DNA from: a virus
Lineage: Duplodnaviria > Caudoviricetes
Length of the DNA: 24,411 nt
Direction: 5' to 3' (one strand)
IMG/VR virus record: IMGVR_UViG_3300042191_000081
Location: 1 to 24,411 of that record
Shown here piece after piece: positions 24,405 through 24,411 of the stretch. Numbering within the stretch: the first letter of the stretch is position 1; every line of letters begins with the position of its first letter. The translations under genes and the position numbers were made by a program. The notes beneath the pieces were generated by a model. It made no database searches and had not been told where the DNA came from. It saw nothing but the letters and a program-made list of their open reading frames with translations.

Positions 24405-24411
24405 GGTGGCC

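Larger units (their letters stand above)
1..24411. mobile_element. Bacteriophage/prophage segment (podovirus-like, probably actinobacterial host)
   Basis: Terminase large subunit, portal-like gene, large internal-virion-like ORFs, scaffold-like gene and dense coupled small ORFs; high GC; dif-like site resembles the actinobacterial type; no host housekeeping genes seen. Confidence 0.93.

Overview
A GC-rich (roughly 60-65% by eye) tailed-phage genome segment. The host is most likely actinobacterial and the organisation is podovirus-like. Positions 1-3370 are a rightward run of small, translationally coupled accessory genes, several bounded by repeated junction sequences that contain the stop codon, the RBS and sometimes the next start. 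A structured intergenic region follows (3371-3536), then a leftward sigma-A-type operon (hypothetical, LPD29-like, AlpA-like HTH; 4554-3537), a T5orf172/GIY-YIG gene, a collapsed remnant of a second AlpA cassette, and a C/A-to-G/T skew switch containing a 28-bp dif-like (XerCD) site. The virion module begins at 6245: large terminase with an N-terminal Cys/His+HTH extension, tail/decoration genes (beta-helix, Ala/Thr/Pro repeat, BppU-like), portal, a leaderless antisense membrane-peptide gene, five probable internal virion/ejection proteins (one 1537 aa, one with an M15-type zinc peptidase motif), a promoter with a structured leader of about 245 nt, and a scaffold-like gene. No tRNA, rRNA, CRISPR array, integrase or reverse transcriptase was recognised. 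All product calls come from motif recognition, not from database searches.
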